Of a stretch of DNA of 64,000 nucleotides, positions 17,751-28,432 are shown piece by piece. Source of the stretch: an uncultured delta proteobacterium (lineage in GTDB: Bacteria > Myxococcota_A > Polyangia > Haliangiales > Haliangiaceae). The stretch spans positions 3,456,001 through 3,520,000 of the forward strand of contig CAWKDB010000010.1 in the NCBI GenBank assembly GCA_963848295.1. Reading direction: 5' to 3'. Each line of letters begins with the position of its first letter. Position 1 is the stretch's first letter. The translations under genes were made by a program, and so were the position numbers. Under the pieces are notes generated by a model, which worked only from the letters and a program-made list of their open reading frames with translations, had not been told where the DNA came from and made no database searches.

Positions 17751-20102
17751 GTGGCCGCCGCGATCGCCGACTGGTTGTGGGGCTGGGACCCGACGCCAGG
17801 GATCGTCTCGGTCGCCGCGGAGCCGGACGGCCGCGCGATCGTGTGGCGACGCAGCGCGGGCGAGCTGATTCGCGAAGACGTGCGGTTTCGGCCGTGGATG
17901 CTCGTCGCCGATGCGGCGGATCTCGGGCCGGCGGTCGGCGTGCACGAGCTCTCGGGTCCGGGCGCGCTGCGCTACTTCGTACGCGCCGACCATCTCGACG
18001 CACTCACCGCCGCGGTGTTGCGCGCGGAGTCGCGGCGGAGGGGCTACGGCGTTCGCCACCTGCGCGATCTGCCCGACGACACCGCGCTCGCGTTACCGCC
18101 CGAGGAGCAGTACCTCGTCACGACCGGTCGCGTGTACTTCCGCGGCCTGTCGTACGACGAGCTCCATCGCCTCCAGTTCGATCTCGAGACGACCGGGCTC
18201 GATCCGGACCGCGATCGGATCTTCCTGATCGCGGTGCGCGATCCGGATGGCGCGACGACGATCCTCGAAGCCGAAGGCGCCGGCGACCGCGATGCCGACG
18301 AGGCGGCGCTGATCGCGCGGTTCGTCGCCCACGTGCGTTCGGCCGACCCGGACGTGATCGAAAATCACAACCTGCACGGCTTCGATCTGCCGTTCCTCGA
18401 GCGTCGCGCACGGCTGCTCCACGTACCGCTCGCGCTCGGTCGCGCCGGGCCGCCGGGATTGCGCGCTCGCCCCGCTCGCCGCGGTGTCGCCGCGCGTGCC
18501 GGCGATGCCACGCGCAAGGTTCGCTACACGATCGTCGGCCGCGAGCTGATCGACAGCATGGATGCGGTGCGGCGTCACGACTTCGCCGCGCACGATCTGC
18601 CGAGCTACGGGCTCAAAGCGGTCGCGCGCCACTACGGCCTGGCCGAAGCCGAACGCGAAGAGCTTCCCGGGGCGCAGATCTACGACGTCTGGCGCCGCGA
18701 TCGCGCGCGGGTCGTGCGCTACGCCTCGTCCGACGTCGCCGAAGCGGCGGCGCTCGCCCGCTTGCTCGGCGGCGGCACGTTCGCGCTCGCGCAGATGGTG
18801 CCGCGGCGCTACGAGCGACTCGCCGAGACCGGCGCGGCGACCGGCATGGTCGATCCGCTGCTCGTGCGCGCGTACATTCGCTCGGGCGCCGCGCTGCCCG
18901 GACACGAGCCGAGCGACGGCACGCCGCACAGCGGGGCAGCGCTGCATCTGTTCGCAGCCGGCGTCGCGCATCGCATCGTCAAGGCCGACGTCGCGAGCCT
19001 GTATCCGTCGTTGATGCGGTCGTATCGGATCGGGCCGGCGCGCGACCGTCTCGGCGTGCTGCTCGCGCTCGTCGATCAGCTCGTCGAGCAACGGCTCGCC
19101 GCGAAGGCGCTCGGCAAGGCGGCGCCGCCGGGCTCGGCCGAGCGGTTTGGCCACGAGGCGGTGTCCGCGGCGATGAAGCTCGTCGTCAACTCGGCCTACG
19201 GCTATCTCGCGGCCGGCAGCTTGACGCGCTTCGCGGACGTCCACGCGGCGAACGAGGTGACGCGGCGCGGCCGCGAGGTGCTCGCGCTGCTGTGTCGAGA
19301 GCTCGCGGCGCGCGGCACGACGTTGCTCGAAGCCGACACCGACGGCGTGTACGTCGCGGTGCCCGAGGCGTGGATCGAAGCCGACGAGCGCCGCGTCGTC
19401 GCCGAGGTCGCCGCGCTGCTCCCCGACAAGGTCCACCTCGAATACGACGGGCGCTACGCCTCGATGCTGTCGCACGAACCGAAGAACTACGCGCTCCAGC
19501 GCTACGACGGCGGGCTCGTCATGCGCGGCGTCGCGTTTCGATCGAGTCGGGCCGAGCCGTTCGGCGAGCGGTTCCTGCGCGACGCGATCACCCGGTTGTT
19601 CGCGGGCGATGTCGCCGGCGTGCGCGAGGCGTATCTCGCGACGATCACCGCATTGCGCCGGCGCGCGATCGCGACCCGCGACGTGGCCGCGCGAGCGCGG
19701 TTGACGAAGCCACCGGCGGACTACTACGCCGCGCGCGAGTCGAGGCACGAGCCGCCGTACGAAGCGGTGATCGCGAGCGGGCGCGCGGACTGGACTGTCG
19801 GCGAGCGCGTCCATGTCTATCGCGCGGTGCGAGGTCGTCCCGCGGTGCTCCCCGAGGATGCCGATCCTCGCGACTACGACGTCGAGCACTATGTTCGCCT
19901 GCTGCGCGACACGTTCGCGACGCGCCTCGTGCGTGCGCTCGAGCCCGACGACTATGCCGCGGTGTTCGCGGATCCCGATCAGCTGTCGTTGTTCGCGCGT
20001 CCGCTGCACGCGGCGCGTCCGATCCTGACGGCGCTAGCGCGCGAACCGGGCGTAGAGCTCGAGGTAAGCGTCGACCATGGTCTCGGCGGAGAATCGCGAT
20101 AG
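17751..20102 (+). CDS. Family-B DNA polymerase with 3'-5' exonuclease domain
   Basis: Exo FDLETTG, NHNLHGFDLPFL, YASSD; Pol DVASLYPS, KLVVNSAYG, ADTDG, PKNY. Confidence 0.9.
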   Translation: MAAAIADWLWGWDPTPGIVSVAAEPDGRAIVWRRSAGELIREDVRFRPWMLVADAADLGPAVGVHELSGPGALRYFVRADHLDALTAAVLRAESRRRGYGVRHLRDLPDDTALALPPEEQYLVTTGRVYFRGLSYDELHRLQFDLETTGLDPDRDRIFLIAVRDPDGATTILEAEGAGDRDADEAALIARFVAHVRSADPDVIENHNLHGFDLPFLERRARLLHVPLALGRAGPPGLRARPARRGVAARAGDATRKVRYTIVGRELIDSMDAVRRHDFAAHDLPSYGLKAVARHYGLAEAEREELPGAQIYDVWRRDRARVVRYASSDVAEAAALARLLGGGTFALAQMVPRRYERLAETGAATGMVDPLLVRAYIRSGAALPGHEPSDGTPHSGAALHLFAAGVAHRIVKADVASLYPSLMRSYRIGPARDRLGVLLALVDQLVEQRLAAKALGKAAPPGSAERFGHEAVSAAMKLVVNSAYGYLAAGSLTRFADVHAANEVTRRGREVLALLCRELAARGTTLLEADTDGVYVAVPEAWIEADERRVVAEVAALLPDKVHLEYDGRYASMLSHEPKNYALQRYDGGLVMRGVAFRSSRAEPFGERFLRDAITRLFAGDVAGVREAYLATITALRRRAIATRDVAARARLTKPPADYYAARESRHEPPYEAVIASGRADWTVGERVHVYRAVRGRPAVLPEDADPRDYDVEHYVRLLRDTFATRLVRALEPDDYAAVFADPDQLSLFARPLHAARPILTALAREPGVELEVSVDHGLGGESR

Positions 20103-21131
20103 CGCGACGGCGCGACCCTTGGCGCCCATCGCGCGGGCGAGCTCCTGATCGCCGGCGAGCTGGCCGAGCGCGGTGGCGAGCGCGGCTTCGTCGCCCGGAG
20201 ACACGAGCAAGCCGGTGACGCCGTGCTCGATCACCGCGGGCAGACCGCCGACCGCGGTCGCGACGACCGGCAAGCTCGCCGCCATCGCCTCGGGCACGAC
20301 CAGCGGCAGGCCCTCGCTCTTCGACGGCAGCGCGAACACGTCGAACGCCGGCATCAGTCGCGGCACGTCCATGCGGGGACCGGTGAGCACGACCCAGCGC
20401 GGGTCTGGCAGCGCGGCGACCGCGGCGTCGAGCTCGCCCCGGCTCGGCCCGTCGCCGACGATCACGAGCCGCACCCGCGACGACAACCGTGGCGCCAGCG
20501 CACGCACGAGCGCGATCTGGTGCTTGTTGGGATCGAGCCGACCGACCGTGCCGACGACCCACGCGTCGCCGAGCCCGAGCTCGACGCGAGCGGCCGCGCG
20601 CGCTTCCGGATCCGGCGCATAACGCCCGAGCCGGATGCCGTTCGGGATCGTGTGCAGCCGCGCGGCGGCGACATCCCGAGTGACGAGCGCCTGGGCCGCG
20701 GTCGCTTCCGACACCGCGACGAACGCATCGACGAGTCTCGCCGACAGCCGGCGCAACGCGAGCTGACCGCGCGACCCCGCGTTGACCCCGTGCTTCGTGT
20801 GGACGAGCACGGCCCGCACGAGTCGTGCAGCGGGAGCGGCGTAGATCAACGGATTCGGATTGTGGGTGTGGACGATATCGGCTCGCAGTCGCCGCAGCGC
20901 GCGCGCGAGCCGCGGCACGAGCCCGAGGTCGATGCCGTCGCGCTTGATCACGCGCTCCATCGCGATGCCGGCCGCGCGGAACTCGTCGGCCATCGCACCG
21001 TCGGGGGGCGGCGCGAACGAGATCACGCTGACGCGATGACCGCGCGCACGTTGGCCGATCGCGAGATCGAGCGCGACGCGTTCGCCACCGCCCACGCCGA
21101 AAGACGACAGGATGTGGACGATCGACCACAA
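20034..21131 (-). CDS. GT4 glycosyltransferase
   Basis: GGGE, VHTH, IPNGI, VGRL, DVFALPS.SEGLPLV..EAMA. Confidence 0.92.
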   Translation of the reverse strand: MWSIVHILSSFGVGGGERVALDLAIGQRARGHRVSVISFAPPPDGAMADEFRAAGIAMERVIKRDGIDLGLVPRLARALRRLRADIVHTHNPNPLIYAAPAARLVRAVLVHTKHGVNAGSRGQLALRRLSARLVDAFVAVSEATAAQALVTRDVAAARLHTIPNGIRLGRYAPDPEARAAARVELGLGDAWVVGTVGRLDPNKHQIALVRALAPRLSSRVRLVIVGDGPSRGELDAAVAALPDPRWVVLTGPRMDVPRLMPAFDVFALPSKSEGLPLVVPEAMAASLPVVATAVGGLPAVIEHGVTGLLVSPGDEAALATALGQLAGDQELARAMGAKGRAVALSRFSAETMVDAYLELYARFAR

Positions 21132-21157
21132 GCGCGACGTACGTTACCATCATCGCG

Positions 21158-21763
21158 ATGTCCGAGACCGCCACCGACGAGATCGCCGCGCTCGAGGCGC
21201 TCGGCATCGCGCTCGATGGACCTCGGCAAGGCGAGCTCGACGCGGCGTGCGCTCAGATCGCTCGCCGGATCGTGACGGAGCGCGTGCGAGTGATCGGGTT
21301 CGTGCCAGCGGACGATCGCGTCGCGGTGCCGCCGTTGCTCGTCCACCTCGGGCTCGCCTTGTGCAACCTGACCGGTGCGACGGTCGCGGTCGTCGACGCG
21401 AACGTGCGCTATCCCGGACTGCCCCAGCTCAACCGCGGGCTCCAGGTCGATCACGAGCACTCGGTGTTCTCGACCCGATGGCTGCGCGGGTCGCTCGCCC
21501 TGCTGTCGCCGCCGCGGGTCGAGCGCGCCGGTGAAGTCGTGCCGCAGCTCACGCGCGTGCTCGTCGATGGCGCGGATCTGTTCGCACACGTGCTCGTCGA
21601 TCTCACCGGCTTCGAGCTGCTCGGCGAGCACGCGAGTGCCGCCGCCGGGATGGACGCGGTCGCGGTGGTCGGTCGAGCGCATCGCACGCGGGAGCGCGAG
21701 CTCGTGGCGCTTGCCGAGGTGATGCCGCACGGCCGGTTCCTCGGCGTCTTGCTCGTCGGGTGA
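21158..21763 (+). CDS. BY-kinase-like (CpsD/Wze) protein lacking Walker A
   Basis: VIGF...LGLAL...VAVVDANVRYP (Walker A'-like), VLVDL, ...FLGVLL; no GKS/T. Confidence 0.6.
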   Translation: MSETATDEIAALEALGIALDGPRQGELDAACAQIARRIVTERVRVIGFVPADDRVAVPPLLVHLGLALCNLTGATVAVVDANVRYPGLPQLNRGLQVDHEHSVFSTRWLRGSLALLSPPRVERAGEVVPQLTRVLVDGADLFAHVLVDLTGFELLGEHASAAAGMDAVAVVGRAHRTRERELVALAEVMPHGRFLGVLLVG

Positions 21764-21784
21764 AGCCATGTTCTCCTCCGTCCG

Positions 21785-23067
21785 ATGCGTTCACTGGAGC
21801 AAGAGAAGATCGCGGTCATCGGGCTCGGCTACGTCGGCCTGCCGGTCGCGTTGTCGTTCGGTCGTACGTTGCCGACGGTCGGCTTCGACATCCGGCAACG
21901 CCGGATCGACGATCTCAAGAAAGGCCAAGACGAGACGCGCGAGGTCACGTCGCATCAGCTCACGGCTGCGGCGAAGCTCGAGCTGACCGCCGATCCGAAG
22001 CGGCTGGCCGAGTGCACGTTCTACATCGTCGCGGTGCCGACGCCGATCGACGCCAACAACCGACCGGATCTCACGCCGGTGATCCACGCGAGCAAGACGA
22101 TCGCGCCGCACCTTCGCCCCGGCGATTGCGTCGTCTACGAGTCGACCGTCTATCCCGGCGTCACCGAGGAGATCTGCGGACCGCTGCTCGACGCGGGCTC
22201 GGGGCTCAAGAACGGCGTCGATTATTTCTTGGGCTACTCGCCCGAGCGGATCAACCCGGGCGACAAAGAGCACACGTTCGAGCGGATCCTGAAGGTCGTC
22301 TCCGGCCAGAACGCCGAGACGCTCGATCGCGTCGCGCGAGTCTACGGCTCGGTCGTCACCGCCGGCGTGCATCGCGCGCAATCGATCAAGGTCGCGGAGG
22401 CCGCGAAGGTGATCGAGAACACGCAGCGCGACTTGAACATCGCGCTGATGAACGAGCTCGCGCTGATCTTCGATCGCATGGGCATTCGCACCGGCGACGT
22501 GCTCGAAGCCGCAGGCACGAAGTGGAACTTCCTGAAGTTCTCGCCCGGACTCGTCGGCGGTCACTGCATCGGCGTCGATCCGTACTACCTGACGACGAAG
22601 GCCGAGGAGCTCGGCTATCTGCCCGAGGTGATCCTCGCGGGTCGCCGGATCAACAACTCGATCGGACCGTTCATCGCGCAGAAGTGCGTCAAGATGTTGA
22701 CCGCGATCGACGTGCCGCTTCGCAAGGCGAAGGTCGGCATCCTCGGGCTGACGTTCAAGGAGAACGTGCCCGATCTGCGCAACTCGAAGATTCCGGACAT
22801 CGTCGCGGAGCTCAAGCAGTACGGCATCGACGCGATGGTGCACGACCCGCTCGGCGATCCGCACGAGGCGCAAGACGAGTACAAGATCGTGCTCGCGCCG
22901 ATCGATACGTTCACGCACCTCGATGCGGTGATCGTCGCGGTCGCGCACTCCGAGTACATCAGCGACGTCGCCGCGATCTACGCGCGGGTCGCAGATGGAG
23001 GCGTCGTGATCGACGTCAAGGGCGTGCTCACGACACAACCACCGCGCGGCATCCGACTCTGGAGCCT

Positions 23068-23071
<4 letters not shown>
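21785..23071 (+). CDS. wbpO: UDP-N-acetylhexosamine 6-dehydrogenase (WbpO/TviB family)
   Basis: GLGYVGLP, ESTVYPG, YSPERINPGD, KVIENTQRD, PGLVGGHCIGVDPYYL. Confidence 0.88.
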
Positions 23072-24099
<1,028 letters not shown>

Positions 24100-24110
24100 G
24101 ATTGTCGGCG

Positions 24111-24353
24111 ATGGCCGACGACGAGCTGCCGAAGCCCGAACCAAAACCGATCGACGAGAAGCTCGCGCTCGAGCTCAAGCACCTGTCGGAAGACGCGGTG
24201 CTCAAGGGTCAGCCGTACGGCGACGAGAAGTGCGGCAACTGCCTCTACTACCTCAACGCGGACGACAAAATCGCGTACTGCTGGCATCCGAAGCTGCGCA
24301 TCCTCGTCGGCACCGAGTGGTGGTGTCAGTGGTGGGAAAAGGTCGACGAGTAG
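24111..24353 (+). CDS. Small HiPIP-like four-Cys protein without a Tat signal
   Basis: CGNC-x12-C-x14-C with WWCQWW, a HiPIP-like spacing; acidic N-terminus. Confidence 0.6.
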   Translation: MADDELPKPEPKPIDEKLALELKHLSEDAVLKGQPYGDEKCGNCLYYLNADDKIAYCWHPKLRILVGTEWWCQWWEKVDE

Positions 24354-24362
24354 ACCGCCGCG

Positions 24363-25136
24363 ATGCGCATCGAAGACCGAGAGATCGACGGTCCCGAGCT
24401 CGAACGCGCCCAGAATCTGCGCGCCACCGAGCTCGACGAAGGCAACGATCAGGCCGTCAACGATCACGGGACCGAGCTCGAGACCGAGCGGCGCACGACC
24501 GTGCTCGGCGCGATGAAGGCGATCTTCGCAGGCAATCATCTCGCGCTCGAGGGGCTGAAGCTGCCGGCGCGCGAGCTCGCGGCGCTCGAGGCGCTGAGCG
24601 AAGCGGTGGAAGGTCGCGACGCGTCGCTGTCCAAGTACATGTACGCGACCGATCGCAGCGACCTGCTCGAGCAAGCGCTCGCGGTGCTGCAACCGAACGT
24701 CGCGGAGCTGCCGGCATCGTTCGCGGTCGTGATCGAGCGGGTCGGCAGCTTGCGCAAAGATCTGCGCGAGCTCGGCGACTCGCAGGACGAGCTACTCGCG
24801 GGGCACCACGAGCTCGCGCAGATGAAGGGCAAGCCCGACGATCCCGACGCCAAGCCCGATGATGACGTCGATGCCGCGAAGCCGGCGAGCACGCTCGACG
24901 GGCCGGAGCGCGTCGAGCCGAAGAAGCCGCCAAGCACGCTGACCGGGCCCGACGTGCCCGAACCGAAGAAGCCGCCGAGCACGCTCGCTGGCCCGGAGGC
25001 GCCCGAGCCGCCGAGGCCCGCGAGCGATCTGTACGACGCGAGCGCCGACGAGTCCGAGCCGATCGCGCCGTCTGCGAAGTCCGCGGATGCGGCCTCCGAG
25101 CCTAAGAAGCCTTGGTGGCGGAGGCCGTTCGGATGA
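24363..25136 (+). CDS. Hypothetical protein with STL(D/T/A)GP repeats and a KKPWWRR C-terminus
   Basis: Clean ORF; three 14-aa repeats; coupled to the AAA ATPase. Confidence 0.65.
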   Translation: MRIEDREIDGPELERAQNLRATELDEGNDQAVNDHGTELETERRTTVLGAMKAIFAGNHLALEGLKLPARELAALEALSEAVEGRDASLSKYMYATDRSDLLEQALAVLQPNVAELPASFAVVIERVGSLRKDLRELGDSQDELLAGHHELAQMKGKPDDPDAKPDDDVDAAKPASTLDGPERVEPKKPPSTLTGPDVPEPKKPPSTLAGPEAPEPPRPASDLYDASADESEPIAPSAKSADAASEPKKPWWRRPFG

Positions 25137-27214
25137 GCGACGCCGACACCGAATTCGAGCTCGAGAACATTGTTCGGCAGTTTCGGCTGTTCGCCGAGGG
25201 TGCGCTCGTACGCAGACTAAACGCCGGCGCCGGGTTTGCCGACTCGAGGATCGCGTCCCAGATCTATCTACGGGACGAATCGGCATTGGCGCGAATCGCG
25301 GGTGGGACGCTTCGGCCGCAAGGGACGCATCGCAAGGCCGCCGACGAGATCCGCGTGGCGCTCGAAGCGGCCGACCGCGACGCGATGGACCGCGCGGGGC
25401 GAGAAGGGCGATGGACGCGGCTCGTCCGTGGCTTCAGCGAGCTCTCGGGCAGCGGGCCGTACTTCACGCTCGGGTTAGCGATCGCCTACGCGATCGATCA
25501 CGACGTCCGCGAGCTCTGCCACGCGCTGGCGGCGCGGCGGCGTCCGGGGCTTTACCTCGAGACCTGCGCAGACATCTTCGAACAAGAGCCGCCTCCGCCG
25601 ACGCGGACGATGGAGGCGCTTCGGGGATTGCCGCTTCTTCGCAACGCTCGGCTCATCCACGCTTCGGGCGACGGCCTCGATGCCGCGATCGAGGTCGCGC
25701 CGCAAGTGCTCGCGTGGCTGATCGGCGACGGCGAGGTCGACCCGCCGTGCGAGCTGCTCGCGGCGGATGCCGACCTCGGTGTCGTCTTGACGGGGCCAGT
25801 GGCCGCCGCGATCGATGCGCTCGTCGCGCGCGCGGATAACAAGATCGCGATCGTCCTTCGTGCTCCGCGTGGCTCCGGTCGGAAAGCCGCCGCGCATCGC
25901 CTCGCGCGCGCTCTCGGCCGTCCGCTGTTCGTCATTCCGGTGCCCGACATCGTGAAGCAACCGGGTGCAATCGCCGATGCACTATGTGCTGCGCGCCTGC
26001 GCGGCGCCGTGCCGTATCTCGCCGATGCCGACGCGCTCTACGACGCCGCAGGGGCGATGGCTGCCGACCACGCGCTCGCTATCGCCGACGTCCCGGGCGT
26101 GATCGCAGTCGGCTCGACTGGGCGCGGCGGTCACCTCGAGCTCAAGCGCCCCGCGCTGATTGTCGCGATGCCTAGGGTCGAGCTCGACGATCGCGAGCGT
26201 GCATGGAGCGCGAGCCTCACCACGCACGGCGGCCCGGTCGGCGACGCCGCCGAGCTCGCCGCGCGCTACGTCATCGGGCCGGGCGTGATCGCCGACGTGA
26301 TCAGCGAGGCCGCGAAGTACGCCACCGCCGCCGGCACCGCGCTCGATCTCAAAGCGCTCGAAGTGTCGGTCGCGCGCCGCCTGTCGCTCCGGCTCGGCAC
26401 GTTCGGCTCGATCGTCGCGCGCAAGGCGCTGTTCTCGGAGCTCGTGCTGCCCGATGACGTGCTCGACACCCTGCACGACATGATCGCGATGGTGCGCGAA
26501 CGCTCGTTGATCCTCGAGCGCTGGGGCTATCAACGCCACCTCGGCATCTCGCGCGGCGTCGCAGGCCTATTCTCGGGCGAGCCCGGCACTGGCAAGACGA
26601 TGGCGGCGTCGGTCGTCGCGTCGACGCTCGGCCTCGAGCTCGTGCGCATCGACCTGTCGGCGGTCGTGTCGAAGTACGTCGGCGAAACCGAGAAGAACCT
26701 CGGCCGGATCTTCGACGAAGCACAAGACTCGCACGCGATGCTGTTGTTCGACGAGGCCGACTCGCTGTTCGGTAAACGTACCGAGCTCAAGAGCGCACAA
26801 GATCGGTTCGCGAACCTCGAGGTCAACTACATCTTGCAGCGGATGGAGACGTTCGACGGCGTCAGCGTGTTGACCACGAATGCCGAGTCCGCGATCGATC
26901 CGGCGCTCCAGCGCAGACTCAACTTCCGAATCCGCTTCCCCGAGCCCGAGCAGGGCGAACGCGAGCGGCTGTGGAGGCAGTTGCTGCCACCGGCGACCGG
27001 GCTGCACGACCGCGTCGACTTCAACTCACTAGCCGAACGCTTCGACATGACGGGCGGTTACATCAAGAATGCGATCGTCCGCGCCGCGGTGATCGCGGCA
27101 CGCGCCGGCCGCGACATGGCCGCAGAAGATTTGTGGCTCGGCGCGCATCACGAGTACGTCGAGATGGGTAAGGTCATGCCGCAGTTGGATCCCCCGTCCG
27201 GAGGAAGCCTATGA
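25133..27214 (+). CDS. AAA+ ATPase, Afp15/Pvc15-like
   Basis: Degenerate first module (PRGSGRK); GEPGTGKT, SKYVGETEKNL, LFDEAD, DRFANLEVNYILQRME. Confidence 0.85.
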   Translation: MSDADTEFELENIVRQFRLFAEGALVRRLNAGAGFADSRIASQIYLRDESALARIAGGTLRPQGTHRKAADEIRVALEAADRDAMDRAGREGRWTRLVRGFSELSGSGPYFTLGLAIAYAIDHDVRELCHALAARRRPGLYLETCADIFEQEPPPPTRTMEALRGLPLLRNARLIHASGDGLDAAIEVAPQVLAWLIGDGEVDPPCELLAADADLGVVLTGPVAAAIDALVARADNKIAIVLRAPRGSGRKAAAHRLARALGRPLFVIPVPDIVKQPGAIADALCAARLRGAVPYLADADALYDAAGAMAADHALAIADVPGVIAVGSTGRGGHLELKRPALIVAMPRVELDDRERAWSASLTTHGGPVGDAAELAARYVIGPGVIADVISEAAKYATAAGTALDLKALEVSVARRLSLRLGTFGSIVARKALFSELVLPDDVLDTLHDMIAMVRERSLILERWGYQRHLGISRGVAGLFSGEPGTGKTMAASVVASTLGLELVRIDLSAVVSKYVGETEKNLGRIFDEAQDSHAMLLFDEADSLFGKRTELKSAQDRFANLEVNYILQRMETFDGVSVLTTNAESAIDPALQRRLNFRIRFPEPEQGERERLWRQLLPPATGLHDRVDFNSLAERFDMTGGYIKNAIVRAAVIAARAGRDMAAEDLWLGAHHEYVEMGKVMPQLDPPSGGSL

Positions 27215-27802
27215 CCGACGACATGATGCCGGAGAAGAAGGACAACCGCCCGCTCGCGATCGGGCTCGCCGTCGTCGCTGCTGCGTGCTTGCTGTTCGCG
27301 AGCTTCACGCAGAAGTGGCTCGTCAATACCCAGCTCGAGGTTGGGTTCGGCCTGCGCAGCAATCACGAGTGCGCCGGACCCGACTCGTGTCGGTCGGAGT
27401 CGAACAGCGCGCTAGTCAGCGAGCTCCAAGAAGCGGAAGGCAATTCCGACAACGCATCGGGAGCGTTCGCCCCGATGGGCTGGGTCACGTTCGGCGTGCT
27501 GATCGCCGCTGCGCTCGGCTTGCTCGGCGCCGCCGGCCTCGCTGCCGCGAAGAAGAAGCCGAGCTGGCCGATGGCGCCGACCACGGTCGCGTTGCTCGGC
27601 TTGATGATCTCGCTGATCACCGGCTGCGTGTTCGTCGCGACGAAGCCCGGCCCGGCTGGTGCGGTAGGTGTCGGCCTGAGCTTCTGGTTGTTCGGCGCCG
27701 GCGCCGTGCTCGGCATCGCGGCGGCGCAGATGCTCGCGAAGATCAATCGCCCCGACGATCCGGAACTTGATGGCCGGCGCGATGAACCCGGACCAGTTCT
27801 AG
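27211..27802 (+). CDS. Four-TM claudin-like membrane protein (probable +1 indel near 27765)
   Basis: Four hydrophobic helices and a GL..C..C loop; after a frame change it ends LMAGAMNPDQF* at a CTAG shared with the convergent gene. Confidence 0.6.
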
Positions 27803-28410
27803 CCGGTCTTCTTAGGGTTCGCCGCAGCGGGCTTCGCGACGAGCGCGTCGATCTTCTTCGGCTTGACCACCTTCGGCTTCGCGGTGATGAACCCGAAACC
27901 CGCGCCGAGGATTCCGCCGAGGATGTGCGCACCGTGCGCGATGTTGTCGTTGTTCGCGAAGCTGCGATAGATCTCGCCGCCGAGATAGATCGCGGCGACG
28001 GCGATGAAGGTCAGTGGGATCTCGCCCATCCGCATGTTCCCGGTCGACGCGAGCACGATCATCATGAACGCGACGCCGCTCGCTCCGAGCAGCGGGTGAG
28101 TACCGAACGCGAGGTTCGCGAGCCCGCCGAGCAGCGCGGTCACGACGATCATGACGAACAGTCCGAAAGACCCGTAGCGCTCCTCGAGCAACGGCCCGAC
28201 GAGCAGGATGATCATGAAGTTCGACAGCAGGTGCTCCCAGCTCGCGTGGCCGAGCGCGTAGCTCACGAGGCCGACGTAGGTCTTCGCGCCGTCGAGGTGC
28301 GGATACGACACGAACCACGAATGCTCCGATTGGGGCAGCATGTACGCCACGATCGCCGCAATCGCGAAGGTCAGGATGACCGGTGCGTTGTAGGAGATGC
28401 GCAGCTTCAC
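27799..28410 (-). CDS. Rhomboid intramembrane serine protease
   Basis: GHASWEHLLSN, LEERYG, GASG, AHILGG. Confidence 0.92.
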   Translation of the reverse strand: MKLRISYNAPVILTFAIAAIVAYMLPQSEHSWFVSYPHLDGAKTYVGLVSYALGHASWEHLLSNFMIILLVGPLLEERYGSFGLFVMIVVTALLGGLANLAFGTHPLLGASGVAFMMIVLASTGNMRMGEIPLTFIAVAAIYLGGEIYRSFANNDNIAHGAHILGGILGAGFGFITAKPKVVKPKKIDALVAKPAAANPKKTG

Positions 28411-28432
28411 GATCAAACCGTAGCACGCGAGA

